Of a stretch of DNA of 64,000 nt, positions 25,126 to 34,400 are shown piece after piece (the stretch's first letter is position 1; each line of letters begins with the position of its first letter). The translations under genes were made by a program, and so were the position numbers. A model generated the notes under the pieces. It made no database searches. It was not told the origin of the DNA and was given only the letters and a program-made list of their open reading frames with translations. Origin of the DNA: Gemmatimonadaceae bacterium (GTDB lineage Bacteria > Gemmatimonadota > Gemmatimonadetes > Gemmatimonadales > Gemmatimonadaceae); assembly GCA_039935955.1 (NCBI GenBank), contig JBDTJH010000210.1, positions 2,799 to 66,798 on the forward strand, in the 5' to 3' direction.

Positions 25126-26151
25126 TCAAGGGATGTAGCGCACGATGCGCGGGCCGAGCATCGTCGTCACCGATGCCGGAAGTCGCTTCCAGATGCGCGG
25201 GCCCCACGAATAGCCGGAGTCCGTGGGCGACGGCGTCTTCACGTCCGCAGTCGCGGCGCGATCGTACCACCAGAGTTGCTCGTCGCGGGTGCCCCACTGC
25301 GTCTTGAAGCGATGCGTGCCGCTGCCCGGCGACGTGCGTCCGAAGTTGAACGTCGTGATGCCATTCTCGATCGCGCGCTCCATGAATCGATAATAGAGGA
25401 GCATGTTGGGCGCGATGCGCTTGTGCGCGTTGAGCGACGACGCCCACGTCATCTCGAGCTCGGTGCCCCACTGGAAGGCGCAGCCGCACGCCACCGGCCG
25501 GGCTTCGTACCAAGCACAGCCGAACCATGCATCGTCGGGAAAGATGGCGGCGATCGTCTCGAAGAGGATGCGCGGCTGCGTCGGGGTGCCGAGGTCGCGC
25601 ATGTGATGCGCAAAGACCTCGAAGAAGGGCGCGACCTGATCGGCGCCGAACTTCACGGTGACCCCTTCCTTCTGCGGACGACGCACCTGGCTGCGCAGCT
25701 TCGCATCGAGCTGCTTCATGAGCGCGGGCTCGCTGTTCGGAAGATCGAGAAGCACAGTGATCTTGCGATGCGACACGGGGATGTCGATCGGCAGCTCGAT
25801 GCGGCTGCGGAGCTCGAGCAACTTGACACCGGAGTCGCGCGCGATCTCCGATGCGTGCGCGACGAGGGCGATGATCGCGTCGTCGGAGCCAAGTGGGCCG
25901 CCGTAGTTGAGGAAGGGCATCGACACGAGAAAGTGTCCGAAAAGCATGCTCTTCACGCGGACGAGTGGGAGCACGCCGGCGAGTGCGCCGCTGTCGTCGA
26001 GAGCCGCGAGGTAGATGCACTCGTGGCCGAAGACGCGCTCCATCACCGCGCGCCAACCGTAGAGATGAAAGTGGGTGAATCCGGGCGAGCGGCGCGCGAG
26101 AGCGTCCCACTCGTGCGCGGCTCCCGCGAAGCGTTCGACGCGCGCGATCAC
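25126..26151 (-). CDS. FemAB-like / GNAT-fold acyltransferase of the PEP-CTERM (XrtA) locus type
   Basis: The GTG start at 26151 overlaps the upstream stop as GTGA. The sequence FTHFHLYGWRAVMERVFGHECIYLAA...LPLVRVKSMLFGHFLVSMPFLNYGGP matches my recollection of the FemAB-related PEP-CTERM-associated family. Confidence 0.8.
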   Translation of the reverse strand: MIARVERFAGAAHEWDALARRSPGFTHFHLYGWRAVMERVFGHECIYLAALDDSGALAGVLPLVRVKSMLFGHFLVSMPFLNYGGPLGSDDAIIALVAHASEIARDSGVKLLELRSRIELPIDIPVSHRKITVLLDLPNSEPALMKQLDAKLRSQVRRPQKEGVTVKFGADQVAPFFEVFAHHMRDLGTPTQPRILFETIAAIFPDDAWFGCAWYEARPVACGCAFQWGTELEMTWASSLNAHKRIAPNMLLYYRFMERAIENGITTFNFGRTSPGSGTHRFKTQWGTRDEQLWWYDRAATADVKTPSPTDSGYSWGPRIWKRLPASVTTMLGPRIVRYIP

Positions 26152-27041
26152 TCGACGGCGCTGGCCGCCCTGTTGCCCGTCGCGAAGGACATCGGAAGCT
26201 TGAGGCACTGCGCAGCGCTCCGGAAACGGAACTCACCGAGCAGCCGCTCGAGCAGCGGCTGCGTTTTGCGGAGCCCGGCGTAGTGCCGCATGCGTGTGTG
26301 CCACGGCACCGCGATTCGTGGCTGATCCGGATCGAGCTCCCACGGATGAATGTAGAACATCGCGGGGACGCCACTCACATCGTGCTCGCGGAACGCGCGC
26401 TGGATCAGGCGAAACGGCAGGTGGCGGAGATACGCGCCGCCGGCCGCGGGGAGGCGCATCCCACGCCACTGCGTCGTCGCAAGCGGGAGCTCAGTGAGCG
26501 TGCCGGCAGGGCGATGGATGAGATGCGGCACCGGGGGCGCGCTCGGATATCCGTAGCCTGGACGCCGGATCGGGAAAAGGCTCGAGTCGTAGCGATAGCC
26601 TTCTTCGAGCAGGATGTCGAACGCCCATTCGGTGCCGGGCGATATCGAGAAGTTCGGGGCTCGAAAGCCCCACACCGGCGAACCGGAAAGATCCTCGAGG
26701 ATGGCTTTCGATACGCGGATATCTTCGCGAAATTCATCCGGCGTCAGCGTATCCACGCGACGATGCCAATGTCCATGCGATGCGATCTCGTGTCCCGCAT
26801 CCACAATACGACGCATGAGAAACGGATGACGCTCAGCCACCCAGCCCAACGTGAAGAACGTCGCGTTCGCATGATGGCGCGCGAGCAGCTCGAGGATGAT
26901 GCCGATCGAGTGCTCGAGACGGCTCGGATGCGAATCCCAATCCTTTCGCTGCACGACACGATCGAACGCGCCGACCTGGAAATATTCTTCCACGTCGACG
27001 GTGAAGATGTGCTCAGTGGCGCAGTGAACCGGCAAGCTCAT
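26148..27041 (-). CDS. Polysaccharide deacetylase, PEP-CTERM/XrtA-locus subfamily (CE4)
   Basis: The start is MSLPVHCATEHIFTVDVEEYFQV (ATG 27041). Motifs are ATFFTLGWVAERHP, IASHGHWH, FRAPNFSI and FYIHPWELDPDQPR. Confidence 0.88.
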   Translation of the reverse strand: MSLPVHCATEHIFTVDVEEYFQVGAFDRVVQRKDWDSHPSRLEHSIGIILELLARHHANATFFTLGWVAERHPFLMRRIVDAGHEIASHGHWHRRVDTLTPDEFREDIRVSKAILEDLSGSPVWGFRAPNFSISPGTEWAFDILLEEGYRYDSSLFPIRRPGYGYPSAPPVPHLIHRPAGTLTELPLATTQWRGMRLPAAGGAYLRHLPFRLIQRAFREHDVSGVPAMFYIHPWELDPDQPRIAVPWHTRMRHYAGLRKTQPLLERLLGEFRFRSAAQCLKLPMSFATGNRAASAVE

Positions 27042-27095
27042 ACGGAGCGCCGATCTGCGCGAAGGATTAATGCCCGCATTCGTGTGTCGAAGTCT

Positions 27096-27111
27096 TGCAG
27101 TTAGGGTGCCA
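27096..27111 (-). promoter_or_regulatory. Candidate sigma-54 -24/-12 promoter for the deacetylase/FemAB/aminotransferase operon
   Basis: The minus strand reads TGGCACcctaaCTGCA. It has an exact TGGCAC, GG-N10-GC spacing and one mismatch to TTGCA. The -12 element lies about 55 nt upstream of ATG 27041. Confidence 0.55.
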
Positions 27112-27126
27112 CCTGCGGCTTTCCCC

Positions 27127-27164
27127 ATGCAGCCGTTCGATGTTGTAACATCCCGTTGCTGCAT
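27127..27164. promoter_or_regulatory. 38-nt nested imperfect palindrome (candidate activator or operator site)
   Basis: The sequence is ATGCAGCcgttcGATGTTgtAACATCccgttGCTGCAT. The outer arms are 7 bp and the inner arms 6 bp. It lies immediately upstream of the sigma-54-like site on the minus strand and about 60-97 nt upstream of the vanZ-like TTG. Confidence 0.4.
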
Positions 27165-27223
27165 ACGCTTCTACGCGATCTTTCGCGCGCGAACTCTCAC
27201 ACCGTACGCCACGGACTGTTGCG

Positions 27224-28453
27224 TTGATACCACAAAAAACATTCGGCCGCGCACTCTGGATCGCCGGCCTGCTGTTCATCGCCGTACTTACGCTCACGCC
27301 GCAATACGCCGCTACGAAACCGCCGCCGAGTTGGTGTTTGCTGTGCGGCGAGCAATCGGTTCTCGATGCGGTGTTGAACGTCATTCTCTTCATTCCGTTC
27401 GGGATGGGACTTCGCCTCGCGGGAATGTCGCGGAGACGCGCGTTCGCGATTGGTTTGGTGACCACCATCACCGTCGAGCTGCTTCAGCTCTACATCCCGG
27501 GTCGAGACACGAGCCTCGGCGACATCCTCACCAACTCCTCCGGCGGGATGATCGGGATACTCGCCGCCGACGTCTGGCGCGTGGTGCTGGTTCCGTCGCG
27601 ACGTGCAGCATCGAGACTCGCCGCTGGGTGGACGCTGTTCTGGGTGCTGTTGTTAACGGCAAGCGCGGAACTCACGCACATCTCGCTCTCGCCGCTGACC
27701 GCCTGGGGCGTGTGGACACCCGAGCTCCTTCACCACGACTACTTCCCCGGCAAGGTCCTCTCGGCCACCGCCGGCGGGCTGCCGACGCCGAACGCCATGT
27801 CGGGCGCGAGCGCGGATGTGCGGAGGCGACTGTCGTCGGACTCGGTCGTCGTGCAGGCGACGGTGGTCGGCGCGGGAGCGACGACGCAGTTCTCATCGGT
27901 CGCGAGCATCTACGACATGAGCAAGCAGCAGATATTTTTTCTTGGGCAGCGAAAAGGGAATCTGATCTTCTCGATGCGCATGCGGACCGCCGATGCGAAG
28001 GTCGAGACGCCGACGATCAAGCTCGATTCCGTCTTCCCGCGCCAGCGCGCAGCGAAGACCGACACGATCTTCGTGGAGGGCGGGCTGATTCATCATCGAC
28101 TGTGGGTGAGCGCCGAGAGAAATGGGGTCAGGCGCGAACGGACGTTGCCGATCGATGCGGGGCTCGGCTGGAGCTACCTCCTTCCATTCGACTACGAGTA
28201 CGGACGCGAGGCGCCGTGGCTCACCGCGCTCTGGCTCGCCGGGCTCGCGGCGCCCGCGATGTACTGGGCGACACGCGCGCGGCGAAACGCACTCCTGGCG
28301 ACGGGAGCGGCACTGGCGGCCGCGCTGCTGCTCGTTCCCCTCGCGACGGCCGTGCATCCGACGCCGTGGTGGGAGTGGATAGGGCTCGCGGCGGGTGCGA
28401 TGATCGGGATCGCGGCAGGAGCGGTGAGCGTGCGCTCGAGCCGCCCCGTGTGA
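27224..28453 (+). CDS. VanZ-like membrane protein with an extra central domain and C-terminal TM helices
   Basis: The VanZ core reads LNVILFIPFGMGLRLAG...TITVELLQLYIPGRDTSLGDILTNSSGGMIG. A non-membrane segment of about 170 aa follows, then 3 TM helices. The start is TTG. Confidence 0.7.
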   Translation: MIPQKTFGRALWIAGLLFIAVLTLTPQYAATKPPPSWCLLCGEQSVLDAVLNVILFIPFGMGLRLAGMSRRRAFAIGLVTTITVELLQLYIPGRDTSLGDILTNSSGGMIGILAADVWRVVLVPSRRAASRLAAGWTLFWVLLLTASAELTHISLSPLTAWGVWTPELLHHDYFPGKVLSATAGGLPTPNAMSGASADVRRRLSSDSVVVQATVVGAGATTQFSSVASIYDMSKQQIFFLGQRKGNLIFSMRMRTADAKVETPTIKLDSVFPRQRAAKTDTIFVEGGLIHHRLWVSAERNGVRRERTLPIDAGLGWSYLLPFDYEYGREAPWLTALWLAGLAAPAMYWATRARRNALLATGAALAAALLLVPLATAVHPTPWWEWIGLAAGAMIGIAAGAVSVRSSRPV

Positions 28454-28542
28454 ACCTCGGCAGAGGTAGTGGGGTTACATTAGCGTTGTCGAGCGCACGC
28501 TGAGCGCCGGGCGTGTTTGGCTGCTTCCCTTTCCATACTCCA

Positions 28543-30702
28543 ATGCGCGTCCTTCCGCTCGCCAGTGCGGTGACACTCTGCGCCTTCGTCATGACCTCAG
28601 TGTTCATCGAAACACTCGCGGCCCAGTCGTCGCTGCACTATCCCGTCGCGCGCAAAGGCGATCAGAGCGACAGCTACTTCGGCACCGCGGTCGCCGATCC
28701 CTATCGCTGGCTCGAGGACACCGATTCGCCCGAGACCAAGAAGTGGGTCGAGGCGGAAAATGCGCTGACCTTTCAGTATCTCGCGGGCATTCCGGAGCGT
28801 GCGTCGATCAAGGAGCAGCTGACGCGCGTCTGGAACTACCCGAAGTACACGGTGCCGATCAAGCGCGGAAAGGACTACTTCACCATCGAGAACAGCGGGC
28901 TGCAGAACCAGGGCGTGCTCTACGTGCAGCGCGGCCTCAAGGGCGTGAAGAAGGTCGTGCTCGATCCCAACACGCTCTCCACCGATGGCACGGTCGCACT
29001 CGGCACGTGGGACGCGACGGAGAACGGCCAGTATCTCGCGTACGCCGTCGCTGCGGCGGGCTCGGATTGGGAACAGATTCGCGTGCGCGATATCGAGCGC
29101 GGCGTCGATCTCCCCGACACGCTCAAGTGGGTCAAGTTCTCGAACCTCGCGTGGACGAAGGACCACAAGGGATTTTTCTACTCGCGCTTCGAGGAGCCGA
29201 AGAGCGAAAACGCGATGCTCGCGAAGAACACCGGGCAGAAGCTCTACTACCACCGGCTCGGCGAGGCGCAGGCGAAGGATCAGCTCATCCTCGCGCGCCC
29301 GGATCATCCGCAGTGGGGAATCACGGCAATGGTGAGCGACGATGGCGAGTACGTCGTCATCTACGTCACCGATGGGACGAATCCGAACAACCGGATCTTC
29401 TTCATCGACATGGGAAGCGCGGGGAAGCCGAAGATCGACAACCCGCTGGTCACTCTCGTCGATAACGAGGAGTCCGAGAACCGGGTGATCGACAATGCGG
29501 CCGACGTCTTCTTTCTGCAGACGAATCTGGACGCGCCGCTGGGCCGAGTGGTCGCGGTCGACATCAACAAGCCCGCGAAGAAGTACTGGCGTTCGATCAT
29601 CCCCGAGGGCACCGACAAGATGGAGCAGGTGGAGCTCATCGGCGCACACTTCGTCGTGAGCATGCTGAAGGACGCGCACTCGGTGCTGCAGATCTACGCG
29701 CTGCGCGGCAACATGGTGGCGACCGTGAAGCTTCCCGGTATCGGCACCGTCGCAGCGCTCTCGGGCAAGCCGAACGAATGGGAGCTGTTCTACGCGTACG
29801 CGTCGTATCTGCAGCCAACGTCCATCTATCGCTACGACATCGAGACGCGCCTGCAAGCGCCCTTCCTCGTGGCGAAGGTGCCGATCGACAGCACGGCGTA
29901 CGAAACGAAGCAGATATTCGCAGCCGGAAAGGATGGAACCAAGATTCCGATCTTCGTGACCGCGAAGAGGGGGCTCGCGCTCGATGGTACGCACCCGACG
30001 ATTCTCTACTCCTACGGCGGCTTCGACATCAACATGACGCCTGGTTTCTCGCCATCGATGATGCAGTGGGTGTCGATGGGCGGCGTATACGCGGTGGCGG
30101 TGATCCGCGGTGGCGGTGAGTACGGACGCGCGTGGCACGAGGCGGGGATGCTCGCGAAGAAGCAGAACGTCTTCAACGACTTCATCGCGGCGGCGGAGTA
30201 CCTGATCTCGCGGAAATACACGTCGTCGAAGAAACTCGCGATTCGCGGCGGCTCCAACGGCGGCCTGCTCATCGGCGCCGTCGAGACGCAGCGCCCTGAT
30301 CTCGCCGCGGTCGCGCTGCCCGCCGTCGGGGTGATGGACATGCTGCGCTACCAGAAGTTCACGATCGGCGGCGCGTGGGCGCCCGAGTACGGCACGTCGG
30401 ACGACTCGACGCAGTTCAAGACGCTGTACGCATACTCGCCGCTGCACAACATCAAGCCGGGCACATCGTATCCCGCGACGCTCGTCGAGACGGCAGATCA
30501 CGATGATCGTGTCGTGCCGGGGCACTCGTTCAAATACGCAGCGACGCTCCAGGCTGCGCAATCCGGACCCGCGCCGGTGCTCATCCGCATCGACACCAAG
30601 GCCGGCCACGGCGGCGGGAAGCCGACGTCGAAGCAGATCGACGCGGCGACGGACGAGCTCTCGTTCGTGGTGAAGAATCTCGGGATGTCGCTGACGCCTT
30701 GA
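28543..30702 (+). CDS. Prolyl oligopeptidase (S9A serine peptidase), secreted
   Basis: The signal peptide begins MRVLPLASAV. The N-terminal motif is DPYRWLEDTDSPETKKWVEAEN. The catalytic Ser lies in GGSNGGLL, and DHDDRV and KAGHGGGKP are also present. Confidence 0.93.
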   Translation: MRVLPLASAVTLCAFVMTSVFIETLAAQSSLHYPVARKGDQSDSYFGTAVADPYRWLEDTDSPETKKWVEAENALTFQYLAGIPERASIKEQLTRVWNYPKYTVPIKRGKDYFTIENSGLQNQGVLYVQRGLKGVKKVVLDPNTLSTDGTVALGTWDATENGQYLAYAVAAAGSDWEQIRVRDIERGVDLPDTLKWVKFSNLAWTKDHKGFFYSRFEEPKSENAMLAKNTGQKLYYHRLGEAQAKDQLILARPDHPQWGITAMVSDDGEYVVIYVTDGTNPNNRIFFIDMGSAGKPKIDNPLVTLVDNEESENRVIDNAADVFFLQTNLDAPLGRVVAVDINKPAKKYWRSIIPEGTDKMEQVELIGAHFVVSMLKDAHSVLQIYALRGNMVATVKLPGIGTVAALSGKPNEWELFYAYASYLQPTSIYRYDIETRLQAPFLVAKVPIDSTAYETKQIFAAGKDGTKIPIFVTAKRGLALDGTHPTILYSYGGFDINMTPGFSPSMMQWVSMGGVYAVAVIRGGGEYGRAWHEAGMLAKKQNVFNDFIAAAEYLISRKYTSSKKLAIRGGSNGGLLIGAVETQRPDLAAVALPAVGVMDMLRYQKFTIGGAWAPEYGTSDDSTQFKTLYAYSPLHNIKPGTSYPATLVETADHDDRVVPGHSFKYAATLQAAQSGPAPVLIRIDTKAGHGGGKPTSKQIDAATDELSFVVKNLGMSLTP

Positions 30703-30703
30703 C

Positions 30704-31288
30704 ATGCCGCTGATCGCCGTCGTCATCTACTACCTGCGCATCGCGCTTCTCGTCGCCATCGCAGTCTTTCTGCTCATCGCGGCGCTCGACTGGGCCGTAC
30801 GTACGCGGCGCATCAATCCGTTCTCCTCGATCGCGCGCTTCTGTCGTCGCGTGATCGACCCGATACTCGCGCCGATCGAGGCGCGCGTCGTGCGCTCGGG
30901 CGGGATGCCGAGTCAGGCGCCGTGGTGGGGGCTGGGCGCGGCGGTCGTCATCGGGGTGCTGCTGATCGTGCTCCTGCAATGGGTGCGCACCGCGATGTTC
31001 GCCATTTCGATCGCGGCGAGTCAGGGCGGAATGGGGATCGCGGGGCTCGTCGTCGAAGCAGCGTTCGAGGTGCTCTGGTTTGCACTGATCGTGCGCGTGA
31101 TCGTCTCGTGGATTGGGATGCGCTACTCCTGGTGGGCGCGCACCGCGTTCACCCTCACCGACTGGCTCGTCAAGCCGATCGCGCGCGCGCTTCCGCCCCT
31201 CGGCATCATCGACTTCTCGGTTTTCGCCGCCATGATCGTCGTCTGGCTTGCGGAGAAGCTCGTGTTGAGTTCCGTGTTCGGCCGCTAA
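30704..31288 (+). CDS. YggT-family membrane protein
   Basis: The protein contains two YGGT-type repeats. One reads INPFSSIARFCRRVIDPILAPI. The other reads FALIVRVIVSWIG...LTDWLVKPIARALPPLGIIDFS. Confidence 0.8.
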   Translation: MPLIAVVIYYLRIALLVAIAVFLLIAALDWAVRTRRINPFSSIARFCRRVIDPILAPIEARVVRSGGMPSQAPWWGLGAAVVIGVLLIVLLQWVRTAMFAISIAASQGGMGIAGLVVEAAFEVLWFALIVRVIVSWIGMRYSWWARTAFTLTDWLVKPIARALPPLGIIDFSVFAAMIVVWLAEKLVLSSVFGR

Positions 31289-31354
31289 TCGTCCTTGGAG
31301 CACGAGCAGCTCCCGCTTGTTGCCTGTGGGGCTCGCCACTAGCTTGGGGTACAA

Positions 31355-31460
31355 TTGATTCGTGGCGATTTACGGCAACTTGCGGCCACGTAAAACATTC
31401 CGCTAAAGCGTCGGCTCAGTGCCAACGCGTGCACTGGGCATTTTTTGCTTTTGCACGTCT
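31355..31460 (+). promoter_or_regulatory. Possible structured 5' leader of metH (class not assignable by eye)
   Basis: A 205-nt untranslated gap precedes metH. The segment GCGAUUUACGGCAACUUGCGGCC...CCGCUAAAGCG contains GAUUU, UUGC and AAAGC elements reminiscent of SAM-II. A 6-bp hairpin CGUGCA-N16-UGCACG follows. Confidence 0.25.
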
Positions 31461-31493
31461 CGCTGACGGCCGGCGGCGTCTCAAGCCAATGAT

Positions 31494-34400
31494 ATGCCTC
31501 AGCCACGTTTCCCCTCCGCTTATCTGGATGCCCTCGATCGCCGCGTGCTCATCTACGACGGCGCGATGGGAACGAACATCCAGCGTGCAGGACTGACCGC
31601 TGACGACTATGGCGGGCAGTCGCTCGAGGGGTGCAACGACAACCTCGTGCTTACCCGCCCGGACGTCATCCAGACGATCCACGAGTCGTTCCTCGCGGTC
31701 GGCTGTGACGTCGTCGAAACGTGCACCTTTCAGAGCACGCCGCGCCGTCTCACCGAATGGGGACTCGGCGACAAGACCGACGCGATCAACATCGGCGCCG
31801 CGCAGCTCGCACGCGCGGCATGCGCGAAGTACGCAACCACGGCATGGCCGCGCTTCGTCGCCGGCTCGATGGGCCCGACCGGCATGCTCCCCTCGAGCGC
31901 CGACGCGACGCTCTCCGACATCTCCTTCGCGGAGCTGGCCGAAAACTATTACCAGCAGGCGAAGGGGCTGGTCGCAGGAGGTGTAGATGTTCTCCTCATC
32001 GAGACGTCGCAGGACATCCTCGAGGTAAAGGCCGCGATCGCCGGCATCGAGCGACTGTTTTCGGAGCTCGGCCATCGTGTCGCGCTGCAGGCGCAGGTGA
32101 CGCTCGACACGAGCGGCCGGATGCTCCTCGGCACCGACATCGCGAGCGCCATGACGACGCTCGAGTCGCTCGGCGTCGATGTGATCGGGCTCAATTGCTC
32201 GACGGGCCCCGAGCACATGCGCGAGCCGATCCGGTACCTGGGCGAGCACGCGCGATTGCCCATCTCCGTCATCCCGAATGCCGGACTGCCGCTGAACACC
32301 GGCGTCGGCGAGGCAGTGTATCCCCTCGAGCCCGCGCCGATGGCCGCCGCGCTCGCGGAGTTCGTGCACGACTTCGGCGTGCGTATCGTGGGCGGGTGTT
32401 GCGGTACGACACCCGAGCATCTGAGCGCAATCGTCGCGGCCGTGAAGAAGGTCGAGGCGAAGCACGAGGCGCCATCAGAGCGACAGGAGACGCACATTCC
32501 GCGCGTCTCGTCGGCGATGCGCGCGATCACGCTGCACCAGGACCCGCCGCCGCTCCTCATCGGGGAGCGCGTCAACGCGCAGGGCTCGCGCAAGGTGAAA
32601 CGGCTGCTGCTCGCCGAAGACTACGAGGGGATCGTGCAGGTCGGCCGCGAGCAGATGGAAGCCGGCGCGCACGTGCTCGATGTGTGCGTCGCCGTCACCG
32701 AACGCGCGGACGAGGCGGCACAGATGTCGGAGGTCGTGCGGCTGCTCTCGATGAGCGTCGAGTCGCCGCTCATGATCGACTCGACCGAGCTCGACGTCAT
32801 CAAGGCCGCACTCGAGCACATCCCCGGGCGCGCGATCGTCAACTCGATCAACATGGAAAACGGGCGCGCGCGCATCGACAGCGTGCTCCCCGTCGTGAAA
32901 GCGAATGGCGCCGCGGTCGTCGCGCTCACGATCGATGAGGTCGGGATGGCGAAGACGGCCGAGCGAAAGCTCGAGATCGCGCGTCGCATCCACGACATCG
33001 CGATGAAGGAGTACGGCCTCGAGCCCGAGGACATCATCTTCGACGCGTTGACGTTCACGCTCGCGACCGGCGAGGCGGAGTGGCTGCCGTCGGCGCACGA
33101 GACCATCGAGGGGATCAAGCTGATCAAGCGTGAGCTTCCCGGCGTCTTCACGAGCCTCGGCGTCAGCAACGTGAGCTTCGGACTCGACCAGAACGCGCGC
33201 GCGGTGCTCAACTCGGTCTTCCTGCATCACTGCGTGAGTGCCGGTCTCGACATGGCGATCGTGAATCCGGCGCACGTCACGCCGTACGTCGAGATCCCCG
33301 CGGACGAGCGCGCGCTGGCAGACGACATGGTGTTCAACCGTCGTCCGGACTCGCTGCAGCGCTTCATCGAGCACTTCGCCGCGCGCGGGCCGAACGCCGC
33401 GGCGGAAGCGGCGAGCGGCGCAGCGGACGCGACGGCGATGGAGCCGGACGAGCGCGTGCGCTGGCACGTGCTCTATCGCAAGAAGGATGGCGTGGAGGCC
33501 GCACTCGATGCGGCCGGCGTGCGCGAGCAGCCGGTGCGCGTGCTGAACGAGGTGCTGCTGCCCGCGATGAAGGAAGTCGGCGACCGCTTCGGCGCCGGCG
33601 ATCTCATTCTCCCCTTCGTGCTGCAGAGCGCCGAGGTGATGAAGAAGGCCGTGGCGCATCTCGAGAAGTTTCTCGAGCGGAAGGAAGGCTACACGAAGGG
33701 GAAGGTCGTGCTCGCGACGGTGTACGGCGACGTGCACGATATCGGGAAGTCGCTCGTCAACACGATCCTCTCGAACAACGGCTACACCGTGTACGACCTC
33801 GGCAAGCAGGTGCCGGTGAACACGATCATCGACAAGGCGATCGAGGTTGGCGCCACCGCGATCGGGCTCTCGGCGCTACTCGTGTCGACGTCGAAGCAGA
33901 TGCCGATCTGCGTGCAGGAGCTCGACCGCCGCGGGCTCGACTTTCCGGTGCTCATCGGCGGCGCGGCGATCAACCGGCGCTTCGGACGTCGGGCGATGTT
34001 CCTCGAAAACGAGCGTGCGTACGCGCCGGGCGTCTTCTACTGCAAGGACGCATTCGAGGGACTCGACACGATGGAATCGCTCATCGATGCCGACAAGCGC
34101 GGGCCGATGGTGCTCGAGCTGATCGACAGCGCGCGCAAGGATGTCTTCCTACGCACCGCGGTGGGCAAGGATATCTCGCACGGCGACAGCGCCGGACAGC
34201 GTAGCGCGGTCATCGCGACGAATCCGGTGCCCAAGCCGCCGTTCTGGGGCGCAAAAGTGCGGCGCGACATTCCGGTAGCCGACGTGCTCGCGCTCCTCGA
34301 CATCGATGAGCTCTTCCGCCTGCAGTGGGGCGGACGCGGCTCCGGCCCGGCGTGGGAGAAAGCCGTACTCGAAGAATTTCGTCCCGCGCTGGCGCGACTC

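Noticed and set aside
28597-30726. 709-aa minus-strand ORF, considered together with similar long antisense or out-of-frame ORFs. These are 10269-11630, 22042-23589, 24871-26283, 31416-32465, 32475-33737, 34982-36805, 41152-42180, 43528-45105, 44886-46157, 48537-50213, 50414-52123 and 57868-59025.
   Set aside because: Each overlaps a gene with strong family motifs on the other strand or in another frame. Their translations are low-complexity Arg/Ala/Gly/Pro-rich strings without motifs.
31289-31493. A cobalamin riboswitch or T-box in the metH leader.
   Set aside because: No B12-box-like sequence and no T-box specifier/antiterminator architecture is visible. Cobalamin riboswitches are expected on metE rather than metH.
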